From the IMG/VR virus record IMGVR_UViG_3300037424_000947, positions 1 through 45,267 of that record: 45,267 nucleotides of DNA. One strand, given 5' to 3'. The position numbers and the translations under genes are program-made. The notes beneath the pieces were generated by a model. The model saw only the letters and a program-made list of their open reading frames with translations, did no database searches and was not told the DNA's origin. Numbering within the stretch: position 1 is the first letter of the stretch; every line of letters starts with the position of its first letter. Below, one piece after another: positions 1 through 8,386 of this stretch. This DNA comes from a virus (lineage: Duplodnaviria > Caudoviricetes).

Positions 1-11
1 GGTCACAAGGG
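1..11. repeat. Terminal direct repeat GGTCACAAGGG, left copy; probable cohesive end (cosN)
   Basis: Identical 11-mer at 1-11 and 45257-45267. The joined context TGCG-GGTCACAAGGG-CGCAGGATTTCGCTA resembles lambda cosN (TACG-GGGCGGCGACCT-CGCGGGTTTTCGCTA). Confidence 0.75.
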
Positions 12-65
12 CGCAGGATTTCGCTAGGATGTGGGTGCAAAACACAGTGAAGGCCTCGATGCCTG

Positions 66-2489
66 GTGTCGCGCTTGAGCGTCGCTGACAACTACGACGA
101 CGTCGTCGCGCAGCTCCGCAGCATCGGCCTGGTGTTTGAGTCGCTGGAGATCGGGCGACTCACGCGCTGCAAGGTCGAGGGCGATCGCGAGCGGCGTGGC
201 TGGTATGCGCTGCATGATTTCCGTCTCGCCAACGGCAAGCTCATGATCGTCGGCTCGTTCGGTGTGTGGCAGGGTGCCGAGAACAACGCGCAGAAAATCG
301 AGCTGCGCAAGATGGAGATCAACGCCGAGCAGCGCATGGCGATCAAGGCGCGCATCGCCGAGGACCGACGCCACGCCGAGGCGCGGCGCAAGCACGAGGC
401 GCAGCGGGCAGCCATGCGAGCGCGCGCGGCCTGGGGCAAGTGCGCGCCGACCTGGACGCCAGCGGCGCCCGGCTCAGTGCCGATCGGCTCGAACGACTAC
501 CTCACCCGCAAGGGCGTGCGCGCGCACGGCGTGCGCTTCTCCGCACGCGGCAACCTGGTGATCCCACTCACCGACGCGCACGGCAGCGTGCACGCGCTGC
601 AGGTCATCTACCACGAGGCGGCGGTCAAGAAGCGCAAGGGCCGCGACAAAGACTACTGGCCCGCCGGCGTCGAGACGCGCGGCCGGTTTTTCTTGATCGG
701 TACACCGGGCCCAGTGCTGCTCATCGCCGAGGGCTACGCCACCGCCGCCACGCTGCACGAGGCGACCAGCTTGCCGGTGGCCGTGGCATTCGCGGCCGGC
801 AACCTGCTGCCCGTCGCGCAAGCGCTGCGCGAGCGCTACCGCGACGCGCGCCTGCTCATCTGCGCCGACGACGACTGGCTCGGCAAATGCCGTGAGTGCC
901 AGAAGCTCACGCCCACGGCCGACGACACGTGCATGCACTGCGGCGCGGACACCACCATGCTCGCCAACGCCGGCGTGCAGTCGGCGGCCGCGGCCGCGCT
1001 CGCGGTGGGCGGCGCCTGGCTGGTGCCGGCGTTCGCCGATCGCGGCATGCGCAAGCTCACCGACTTCAACGACCTGCAGCACGAGGCGACCCTGCGCACG
1101 GTAGGCGCGCAGATCGAAGACAAGCTGCGCGAGCTCGGGTGGCGTGCGACCGAAGTCGCCGCGCCGCCGCCCGACGCAGGGGGGCGGGGTGACGCCGAGC
1201 CGCTCAAGCCGCTGCTCACCGTCGACGAAGCGGTCGATCGCTACTCGCTCGTGTACGGTGGCAAGGGCACGTTCTTCGATCACCAGGAACATGCCCTGAT
1301 CCCGAAGTCGGACGTGCTTGACCTCCTGCAGGATCACGCCTGGCGCGAGTGGAAGACGCGACCAAACCGCCTGGTCGTGCGCTTGGGCGAGATCGGCTTC
1401 GACCCAAGCGAGACCGACCCGAACATCCGCTGCAATTTGTGGGGTGGCTGGCCCACGACGCCAGCGCCAGGCAAGTGCGACGTGCTCCTCGAGCTGCTCG
1501 AGCATCTATGCAGCGGCGAGCAGAACGCGCGCGACTTGTTCGACTGGGTGTGCAAGTGGCTGGCCTATCCGATCCATCACCCGGGCGCGAAGATGAAAAC
1601 CGCGCTGATCCTGCACGGCCCGCAAGGCGTGGGCAAGAATCTCTTCTTCGAGGCGGTGATGGCGATCTACGGTCCCTACGGCCGCATCGTCGACCAGGCC
1701 GCGATCGAGGACAAGTTCAACGACTGGGCCTCGCGCAAGCTGTTCTTGATCGGCGACGAGGTGGTGGCGCGGCAGGAGCTGTTCCACATGAAGAACAAGC
1801 TCAAGGGCTTCGTCACCGGCACGTGGATTCGCATCAACCCGAAGAACGTCGCCGCGCACGACGAAGCCAACCACGTGAACGTGGTATTCCTCTCAAACGA
1901 GCGCCAACCGCTGGTGCTCGAGAAAGACGACCGCCGCTATGCGGTCATCTGGACACCCGAGCAGCTCTCGCGCGATTTCTACAATGACGTGAGCGCGGAG
2001 CTCGCGGCCGGCGGCGTCGCCGCCCTGCACGACTATCTGCTCAACCTCGAACTTGGCGACTTCAAACCACACACCCTGCCACCGATGACGACCGCCAAAG
2101 CGGACCTCATTGCGCTCTCGCTGGATTCGGTCGAGCGCTTCGTGGCGGAGTGGACCGGCGGCGAGACCGATTTCCCATGCTGCCCATGCCGGTCCATGGA
2201 TCTCTACGCCGCCTACCTGCGCTGGTGCCGCGCCAACGGCGTGCAGCGCCCGCGTGAGTCAAATCAGTTCCTGGGCCACATCGGCAAGTTGCGCGGTTGG
2301 TCGAACATGCCGCGGCAGACCTACGAATCGACCGCCTATGTGGGCAGTCCAAAGGCGCGGCGCATCGTGATCCCCGACGAGCCGACACTCATCAAACGCG
2401 AGAGTGCGCGCCGTGACGACCAGAGCGTGGCGCACTGGCTCACGGATTCGTACCTGGCATTCATAAATGGGTTGGAGTCTGAGCGATGA
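66..2489 (+). CDS. Primase-helicase (Toprim primase plus C-terminal SF3/D5-like helicase)
   Basis: 807 aa. Toprim motifs IAEGYATA, ICADDD and TDFNDL; Walker A GPQGVGKN; Walker B IGDE; FLSN and DDRRY motifs. Confidence 0.9.
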   Translation: MSRLSVADNYDDVVAQLRSIGLVFESLEIGRLTRCKVEGDRERRGWYALHDFRLANGKLMIVGSFGVWQGAENNAQKIELRKMEINAEQRMAIKARIAEDRRHAEARRKHEAQRAAMRARAAWGKCAPTWTPAAPGSVPIGSNDYLTRKGVRAHGVRFSARGNLVIPLTDAHGSVHALQVIYHEAAVKKRKGRDKDYWPAGVETRGRFFLIGTPGPVLLIAEGYATAATLHEATSLPVAVAFAAGNLLPVAQALRERYRDARLLICADDDWLGKCRECQKLTPTADDTCMHCGADTTMLANAGVQSAAAAALAVGGAWLVPAFADRGMRKLTDFNDLQHEATLRTVGAQIEDKLRELGWRATEVAAPPPDAGGRGDAEPLKPLLTVDEAVDRYSLVYGGKGTFFDHQEHALIPKSDVLDLLQDHAWREWKTRPNRLVVRLGEIGFDPSETDPNIRCNLWGGWPTTPAPGKCDVLLELLEHLCSGEQNARDLFDWVCKWLAYPIHHPGAKMKTALILHGPQGVGKNLFFEAVMAIYGPYGRIVDQAAIEDKFNDWASRKLFLIGDEVVARQELFHMKNKLKGFVTGTWIRINPKNVAAHDEANHVNVVFLSNERQPLVLEKDDRRYAVIWTPEQLSRDFYNDVSAELAAGGVAALHDYLLNLELGDFKPHTLPPMTTAKADLIALSLDSVERFVAEWTGGETDFPCCPCRSMDLYAAYLRWCRANGVQRPRESNQFLGHIGKLRGWSNMPRQTYESTAYVGSPKARRIVIPDEPTLIKRESARRDDQSVAHWLTDSYLAFINGLESER

Positions 2490-2743
2490 CGCTACGGGCG
2501 CTACGGGGTCCGCTACGGGGTCCGCTACAGGCTAAGTGCTTGATCGCAAAGGTCCGCTACGGGCGCTACGGGCAGATGCGCGCGCGTACACGCGAGCACA
2601 AAACACGCAGGCCACCCCACGCACGTGGAGGGCTCGCGCGCGTATAGGGGGGCGTAGCGCCCGTAGCGCCCGTAGCGGGCCCGTCATATCAGGCACTTAG
2701 CGTGTAGCGGCGGGTGTAGCGGTGCGTGTAGTGCCCGTAGTGG
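2490..2743. repeat. Putative replication origin with inverted iteron arrays
   Basis: Six CGCTACGGG-like copies at 2490-2572 and about seven inverted GTAGCG/GTAGTG copies at 2651-2743. Inverted pair CTAAGTGCTTGAT (2532-2544) and ATCAGGCACTTAG (2688-2700). Lies directly after the primase stop. Confidence 0.7.
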
Positions 2744-2774
2744 GTTTTTCTCTAACAGAGAAAAGGAGAAGTTG

Positions 2775-3290
2775 ATGAAGAAAACACTCAAGTGGTGGGC
2801 CCGCTGGGCGGCGCTCGTCGGATACGTCGTGGGCCTGGCGCTGTTCCTGGCCATCGGTGCCGTCATGGCCGCCGATTTCGATGGCCTCTTCCGCCGCCAC
2901 GGCGCGGCGCACGGCGTCGACTGGCGGCTGCTCAAGGCGATCGCGCTGGTGGAGTCGAGTCTCAACCCGCGCGCCGAACATCCCAACGGTCTGTCGTCGG
3001 GGCTCCTGCAGGTGTACTGCGCGCCCGCGCACGCGCCGGCCTGCCGCAATCGCTTCAACGTCGCCGGCTGGCCGCCCGCCTCGCGCGAGCAGCTCTACGA
3101 CGCCGACTACAACGCGCACATCGCCGCGCAGATCCTCGCCTGGAACCTGCGCACCTACGGCCGCGAGAAGGGCATCGCCGTCTACAACTCGTGGAGCGCG
3201 CGGCGCACGCCCGCCGGCCAGGCGTTCCCGAATCAGCCCTACGTCGACGCCGTGCTCGCCCGCTATCACGCACTCGGAGAAAAACCATGA
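2775..3290 (+). CDS. Lytic transglycosylase (SLT domain) with N-terminal hydrophobic segment
   Basis: Motifs LLKAIALVESS, GLLQ and AVYNS; RBS AAGGAG upstream. Confidence 0.8.
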   Translation: MKKTLKWWARWAALVGYVVGLALFLAIGAVMAADFDGLFRRHGAAHGVDWRLLKAIALVESSLNPRAEHPNGLSSGLLQVYCAPAHAPACRNRFNVAGWPPASREQLYDADYNAHIAAQILAWNLRTYGREKGIAVYNSWSARRTPAGQAFPNQPYVDAVLARYHALGEKP

Positions 3291-3607
3291 GCCGCAAGAC
3301 CAGCACCACGCACATCAATGCGCTGTTTCACCAGACGCGCACGATCGAGCCGCCCGCGGCCGAGCCCCACTACACCACCGAGCCGCAGACGCGCCTGGTG
3401 CTCGGCCCGTTCCAGCTCGTGCTGGAGCATCAGCAGCGCGATGGCACGCCCGCCCTGTGGGTATTGCCCGGCGGCGGCCGCGCCACTACCGCGCAGCTGC
3501 TCGTCATCGCGCGGCGCAACGGCTGGAAACGCCCGGTGCAGATCCAGGCCACCGTGCGCCGGCGCGTGCCCGGCGACAGCCGCCGCTTCGTTTCCCAAGA
3601 AACTTAA
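3287..3607 (+). CDS. Hypothetical protein
   Basis: ATGA overlap with the SLT gene, GGAG RBS, start MSRKTSTT. Confidence 0.6.
   Translation: MSRKTSTTHINALFHQTRTIEPPAAEPHYTTEPQTRLVLGPFQLVLEHQQRDGTPALWVLPGGGRATTAQLLVIARRNGWKRPVQIQATVRRRVPGDSRRFVSQET
3590..3603. promoter_or_regulatory. parS/NBS-like site 1, GTTTCCCAAGAAAC
   Basis: One of five GTTTC-N4-GAAAC palindromes; exact reverse complement of the site at 42190. Confidence 0.55.
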
Positions 3608-3609
3608 CC

Positions 3610-4215
3610 ATGGAGAGTGAAATCATGGTCAGCATCCGCCCGCAAGTGCTCGCGCAACTCAAGCGCGGGCCGAGGTCGCCCGAGCAACTGCGCAAGGCGA
3701 TCACCGAAATCGAGAGCGAAAAGCAGCTCGCGAACTGCCTGTACAATCTGCGCAAGGCCGGCGAGATCCGCCGCCTCGACGACGGCCGTTACGAGCTCGG
3801 CGTCGAGAAGGGCTTCGCGGCCACGCGCCCGAAGGTGTCCGCGCGCGAGGGGGCGGCCGCCAACCCCACGCCGCGCGACCCAATCCTCGCCGCGCCGGCG
3901 GACCCGATGGAGACATGCGAGCGCTGCAGTGCGCCACTCATTCACGGCCAGCCCTGCTTCTGCACCAAGCGTACCGCCTCCACCGTGCCGGCGACCGTGG
4001 GTCAAGGCGGCCGCGAGGCCGACGCCTGGAACAACCTGCAGGCACGCGAACAGCGCGCGCTGCTCGAAAAGGCGGCGGCCGATACGCAAGACGCGCTCGA
4101 TGAATACCTGGCCAGCATCGCCGATCCGAAGATCCTCAAGCCGCTGCGCGCCGCCCGTGATGCGACGCGCGCGGCGCTGGCCGCGATCGATTTCCTCGAG
4201 GCTATCCACGCATGA
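3610..4215 (+). CDS. Hypothetical protein with N-terminal winged-HTH-like region
   Basis: LKRGPRSPEQL...LYNLRKAGEI...GRYEL pattern; CxxC...CxC cluster; coupled to neighbours. Confidence 0.6.
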   Translation: MESEIMVSIRPQVLAQLKRGPRSPEQLRKAITEIESEKQLANCLYNLRKAGEIRRLDDGRYELGVEKGFAATRPKVSAREGAAANPTPRDPILAAPADPMETCERCSAPLIHGQPCFCTKRTASTVPATVGQGGREADAWNNLQAREQRALLEKAAADTQDALDEYLASIADPKILKPLRAARDATRAALAAIDFLEAIHA

Positions 4216-4340
4216 GCGATATCGCCTTCATCGTCATCGTGTTGGTCCTGTTCCTCGTGGTGCCGTTCGCGCTCGGCAAGATGCTGGACCTGCTCGATGC
4301 CGTGGCCGGCGATGACGACGAAGAGGCGCGCAAGCCATGA
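4212..4340 (+). CDS. Small membrane protein (42 aa, absent from ORF track)
   Basis: MSDIAFIVIVLVLFLVVPFALGK...; ATGA overlaps at both ends. Confidence 0.55.
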   Translation: MSDIAFIVIVLVLFLVVPFALGKMLDLLDAVAGDDDEEARKP

Positions 4341-4519
4341 GCAAACCAATACCACCGAAATTGCTGCGCGATCAGTGGCGCAGGCTGGCCGAGAACACCT
4401 TCATGGTTTCGGCGGTGGGCGAATATACGCCCGAGGAATTTCTGGTTTTGCTCGATGCCGTTGATGAGCTAGAGGCCGAAGTCGAGCGCCTGAGAAAAGA
4501 CAGAAGGGGGCCACAGTGA
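4337..4519 (+). CDS. Hypothetical protein
   Basis: 60 aa, overlapping start/stop with both neighbours. Confidence 0.55.
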   Translation: MSKPIPPKLLRDQWRRLAENTFMVSAVGEYTPEEFLVLLDAVDELEAEVERLRKDRRGPQ

Positions 4520-4713
4520 CCGAGCTCTATCTCTTCGCCGCCGCCTTCGTCACTGTGTTCGCGCTCGGCTTCCAGCAGCAGAACGTCCTCTGGCGCGCGG
4601 TGCCCATCGCCTCGGCCATCGAGATCCTCGCCACGCTGGTCGGCGGCCCGGTCGGCATCGTCGCGGCGATGTATGTGCACCCGCGTCTCGCGCGCCGCTG
4701 GGGGCGCCGGTAA
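4516..4713 (+). CDS. Small membrane protein
   Basis: 65 aa, two hydrophobic segments, GTGA overlap. Confidence 0.55.
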   Translation: MTELYLFAAAFVTVFALGFQQQNVLWRAVPIASAIEILATLVGGPVGIVAAMYVHPRLARRWGRR

Positions 4714-4715
4714 CG

Positions 4716-5300
4716 ATGGATACCACCGCGCCGGTTTCGTTCAGCGAATTCGCCCGCCATCTCGGCCGTGCGCCGAGCTACGTGACGAAGCTGCGCCAAG
4801 CCGGCCGCCTGGTGCTCACCGACGACGGGAAGCGCGTACACGTCGACGCCTCAAAGCAACGCATCGCCGCTACCGAGAGCGGCCAGCCCCAGCACGTGGC
4901 CGCGCGCGAACACCACGCGCAGCGCCGCGCCCAACCCGCGCCGCCGGCGGGCGAGGCGCCACCGGAAGCCGATGCGCCGCTGGTGCCGGGCACGCGCGCG
5001 GATTGGGAACGGCGCGAGGCAGCAGCGCGCGCACAGCTGCGCGAGATTGAGCTCGCCAAAACGCGCGGCGATCTGGTGGAGACCGCCGCCGTGCACCGCG
5101 CCGGCAGCGAGGCGGGCGGCATCCTGCGCACCACGCTCGAGAACCTAGCCGACCAGCTGGCGCCGCAACTGGCCGAGGGCGACCCCGAACGCGAGCAGCG
5201 CATCCATGCCCAGCTGAGCGAGCACGTCGAGCTGCTGCTCACTGAGATCAGCCAAAAGCTAGACGCGCTCGCGCGCCAACCCGGAGCGCCGTCGCCGTGA
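4716..5300 (+). CDS. Terminase small subunit (Nu1-like)
   Basis: N-terminal HTH (SFSEFARHLGRAPSYVTKL), coiled coil ending ELAKTRGDLV, immediately before TerL. Confidence 0.8.
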   Translation: MDTTAPVSFSEFARHLGRAPSYVTKLRQAGRLVLTDDGKRVHVDASKQRIAATESGQPQHVAAREHHAQRRAQPAPPAGEAPPEADAPLVPGTRADWERREAAARAQLREIELAKTRGDLVETAAVHRAGSEAGGILRTTLENLADQLAPQLAEGDPEREQRIHAQLSEHVELLLTEISQKLDALARQPGAPSP

Positions 5301-7330
5301 ACCCCACCGCCCTCCCCCGCCCCGATGGCCGCGCCATTTTCCTCGGCGCGATGGCTGTCGCCTGCAAGCCGCGCAAGCGCCTCACGGTGAGCCAGTGGGC
5401 GGACGCGCATCGGCGGCTGTCGAACAAAGCCTCGAGCGAGCCGGGACAATGGCGCACGTCGCGCGTGCCATATCTGCGCGAGCCGATGGACTGCCTGTCG
5501 GTGCACTCGCCCGTGCAGAGCGCATCGATCATGAAGAGCGCGCAGACCGGTTTCACCGAGGTCGCGCTCAACTGGATCGGCTACGTGATGGACCACGCGC
5601 AGGCGCCGATGCTCGCCGTGGTGCCGACGCTGGACGTGCGCAAACGCTGGGTGCGCCAGCGCGTCGACCCGATGCTGGCCGACACGCCCACGCTTGCGGC
5701 GTTGTTCGATTCACGACGCAAACGCGACGGCGCGAACGCCGAGGAGATGAAGGACTTCCCCAATGGCATGCTCGTGATCGGCGGCGCCAACTCACCCGCC
5801 TCGCTCGCGTCGATGCCGATCAAGTACGTGGTGAATGACGAGGTGGACCGCTTCCCCTGGGAGGTCGGCGGCGAGGGCGACCCGCTCGGGTTGATCCGCA
5901 TGCGCCAGGCGAACTTCCCGCGGCGCAAGGAGCTGAACATCTCCTCGCCCACGGTCGAAGGCGCCTCACGCATCGAGGAGCTGTTCAACGCCGGCGACCA
6001 GCGCCACTACCACGTGCCCTGTCCGCACACCGAGTGCGGCGAGTTGCTGGTGCTGAAATGGAAGCAGCTGCAATGGCACATCGACAAGGCGACCGGCCAG
6101 GTGGCGCATGCGTGGTATGTGTGCGAGCACTGCGGCGCTGCGATCGACGAGCATCACAAAACCGAGATGCTCAAGGAAGTCGGCCACGGCGGCCGCGCGC
6201 GCTGGATACCCAAGCATCCCGGCCGCGCCGCGCGCAGCTACCACATCAATGGCCTCTATGCGCCGCTCGGTTTAGGCTTGCGCTGGGTAGAGCTGGCCGA
6301 TAACTGGCTCAAGGCCCAAGGCGACAAAACGAAGCTCAAGGTGTTCATCAACACCAAGCTCGGCGAGGTGTGGCAGGATCAGGACAAGAAAGTTGACCAC
6401 CGTTCGCTCAGCGAGCGCGCCGAGCCCTACGGCCTGCGCGAGATCCCGCTCGGTTGCCTGCTGCTCACCTGCGGGGTGGACGTGCAGGATGACCGCCTCG
6501 AGCTGCAGGTGCTCGGCCACGGTCGCGGCAAAGTCACGTGGACCATCGATAAGCTCGTGCTGCCGGGCGATCCCGCGCGCGATGAGGTGTGGGACCATCT
6601 CACCGACTATCTGATCAAGCCGTTCACCAACCAGTTCGGCCGCGAGCTCATGATCGAGGCGACCGGCATCGACACCGGCGGCCACCATACGCAGGACGTG
6701 TACAACTACGTGCGCAGCGTCACGCAGAACGTGTACAACTACGTGCGCAGCGTCAAGGAGCTGCAGGCGAAAAGGCGCCCGCGCCGGGTGATGGCAATGA
6801 AAGGCGCGAACACGCCCGGCAAGCCGATCCTCACTGGCCGCCCGCTGCCGCAAGACGTGAACCACCGTAACAAATACATCAAGCACGGCGTGCTGCTGTG
6901 GATGATCGGCACCGACACCGCCAAGGATCTGCTCAATTCGCGCCTCAAAGGCGACGCGAACCACGACGCCGGCTCGCGCCTGGTGCGCTTCTCAAACGCC
7001 TTGCCCGAGGATTTCTACCTGCAGCTCACCGCCGAGGTATTCGACCCCGAGCGCAACAAGTGGGTGAAGCTGCGCAACCGTCGGAATGAAGACCTCGACA
7101 CCTGGATCTACGGCACCGCCGCCGCCTACCACCCCGAGGTACGCGTGCACGCCATGCAGCCACGCGACTGGGCGCGCCTGGAGCTCATGCTCGAACCGAA
7201 AGACATCACGCCCGCGCCCACCGGCACCGCCGCGCCCGAGGCGATAACGCCCGCGCCCAAGGCCAAGCCCCGCAAACCGTCGGGCGACGGCGACGGCGGC
7301 GGCTTCGGCTCGTCGGACTGGAACCTGTAA
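5297..7330 (+). CDS. Terminase large subunit, lambda GpA family
   Basis: TVSQWAD, KSAQTGFTE (Walker A), VVNDEVD, SSPT, CPH...CEHC, GVDVQ and RNEDLD motifs. Confidence 0.95.
   Translation: MNPTALPRPDGRAIFLGAMAVACKPRKRLTVSQWADAHRRLSNKASSEPGQWRTSRVPYLREPMDCLSVHSPVQSASIMKSAQTGFTEVALNWIGYVMDHAQAPMLAVVPTLDVRKRWVRQRVDPMLADTPTLAALFDSRRKRDGANAEEMKDFPNGMLVIGGANSPASLASMPIKYVVNDEVDRFPWEVGGEGDPLGLIRMRQANFPRRKELNISSPTVEGASRIEELFNAGDQRHYHVPCPHTECGELLVLKWKQLQWHIDKATGQVAHAWYVCEHCGAAIDEHHKTEMLKEVGHGGRARWIPKHPGRAARSYHINGLYAPLGLGLRWVELADNWLKAQGDKTKLKVFINTKLGEVWQDQDKKVDHRSLSERAEPYGLREIPLGCLLLTCGVDVQDDRLELQVLGHGRGKVTWTIDKLVLPGDPARDEVWDHLTDYLIKPFTNQFGRELMIEATGIDTGGHHTQDVYNYVRSVTQNVYNYVRSVKELQAKRRPRRVMAMKGANTPGKPILTGRPLPQDVNHRNKYIKHGVLLWMIGTDTAKDLLNSRLKGDANHDAGSRLVRFSNALPEDFYLQLTAEVFDPERNKWVKLRNRRNEDLDTWIYGTAAAYHPEVRVHAMQPRDWARLELMLEPKDITPAPTGTAAPEAITPAPKAKPRKPSGDGDGGGFGSSDWNL
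6689..6754 (+). repeat. In-frame 33-bp tandem duplication in TerL
   Basis: ACGCAG(G/A)ACGTGTACAACTACGTGCGCAGCGTC twice, giving TQDVYNYVRSV-TQNVYNYVRSV. Confidence 0.9.
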
Positions 7331-7345
7331 ACGAGGAGAACAACG

Positions 7346-7606
7346 ATGGGAATTGAAGTGCATCCAGTTCAAATGCCCGGCGGCTGCTGTGGCCACGAGC
7401 CGGCCATGGCACCGAAGTCGGTAACGATGCGTGCGTACGAAGTCTACTGCCAACTCCACGGATCGCAGGAAGCGATAGTGACTGGCTGGTGCCGCGGAGG
7501 ATTCGCCATCGGCGAGCTGGTCGCCTTCCTGTATGCGCGTTCGTTTCCGCGCGAGGAGTGGCGCCAGCGGGTCGACGAGGCGCTGCGCGGGATGAAGAAC
7601 CTTTGA
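7346..7606 (+). CDS. Hypothetical protein
   Basis: 86 aa with strong GAGGAG RBS. Confidence 0.65.
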   Translation: MGIEVHPVQMPGGCCGHEPAMAPKSVTMRAYEVYCQLHGSQEAIVTGWCRGGFAIGELVAFLYARSFPREEWRQRVDEALRGMKNL

Positions 7607-7616
7607 CGCCCAACGC

Positions 7617-7958
7617 GTGAGCGGAACGATGGCCGAGGCGGACTTGATCGAGGCAATGCACGACGACCTCTATCGCCTGCTCACGCGCCTGGGCGTCGAG
7701 GATCTCACGGCACTGCGCGAGGCCGGCGCCCTGGTGGATGATCTGCAGCGCCGCTTCGGCGGCCGCGAGCACTACCTGCCGGCAGTGGACAAGGCCACCC
7801 GCAACGCCCGCATCGCGGCGGAGCTGGCCGCCGGCCACGATCCCCAGGAAGTAGCGGCCCGCCACGGCGTAAGCAAGAAGACCCTCGCGCGCGTGGCGCG
7901 CCGCACCCGGCGTGATGACGACGGCGGTGGCTTCGGCTCGCCGGAGTGGAATCTGTAG
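7617..7958 (+). CDS. Mor/C-family transcription activator (probable late regulator)
   Basis: FGGREHYLP...RNARI...EVAARHGVSKKTLARV matches the Mor/C pattern. Alternative start at 7629. Confidence 0.75.
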   Translation: MSGTMAEADLIEAMHDDLYRLLTRLGVEDLTALREAGALVDDLQRRFGGREHYLPAVDKATRNARIAAELAAGHDPQEVAARHGVSKKTLARVARRTRRDDDGGGFGSPEWNL

Positions 7959-7960
7959 CC

Positions 7961-8047
7961 ATTGACTTTTTATCGTCAATGCCCTATATTGTTTTACATG
8001 GCTGGACGATCCAGCCACCCGCGCCTCGGGGTCAACGGTGGGCAGGA
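7961..8047 (+). promoter_or_regulatory. Repeated expression cassette, copy 1: sigma70 promoter, operator, structured leader, RBS
   Basis: TTGACT(7962)-17 bp-TATATT(7985); inverted repeat ATTGAC-N8-GTCAAT over the -35 box; near-identical to 8293-8379. Confidence 0.8.
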
Positions 8048-8054
8048 TAATAAA

Positions 8055-8276
8055 ATGAGCGATATCGAAGCCTATGACAAAAAGATCAAATACTGGAATG
8101 ACTACGCGAGGCGGTGGGGGCACAAGGCGACCTTGGAAAGGGCCACCCGAGCCTATGCCGGCGGCATTTTGGGCCGTGGCTTTTGTGAAGACGCTGCAGC
8201 GTTTGTTGCCCGCACGCCGCATCTTCGCGCAACCCTGGACTGGTTGAACCAAAACCGAACGAAGAAAAAGGCGTAA
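8055..8276 (+). CDS. Small orphan protein (anti-defence candidate)
   Basis: 73 aa from MSDIEAY, directly after the RBS of cassette copy 1. Confidence 0.65.
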   Translation: MSDIEAYDKKIKYWNDYARRWGHKATLERATRAYAGGILGRGFCEDAAAFVARTPHLRATLDWLNQNRTKKKA

Positions 8277-8292
8277 TTGTTTGAAATGGGGT

Positions 8293-8379
8293 ATTGACTT
8301 TAATCAGTCAATGCCCTATATTGTTTTACATGGCTGGACGATCCAGCCACCCGCGCCTCGGGGTCAACGGTGGGCAGGA
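8293..8379 (+). promoter_or_regulatory. Repeated expression cassette, copy 2
   Basis: TTGACT(8294)-17 bp-TATATT(8317); ATTGACT-N6-AGTCAAT; same leader and AGGA RBS as copy 1. Confidence 0.8.
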
Positions 8380-8386
8380 GACAAAG

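Noticed and set aside
7961-8379. 87-bp repeats as a CRISPR array or integron attC sites
   Set aside because: They are too long, are separated by a whole gene, contain -35/-10 boxes and an RBS, and no tyrosine integrase is present.
7962-8386. N-terminal extensions of ORFs 7962-8276 and 8294-8788 (shared MAGRSSHPRLGVNGGQ)
   Set aside because: The shared peptide is the translated promoter/leader repeat; RBS positions favour starts at 8055 and 8387.
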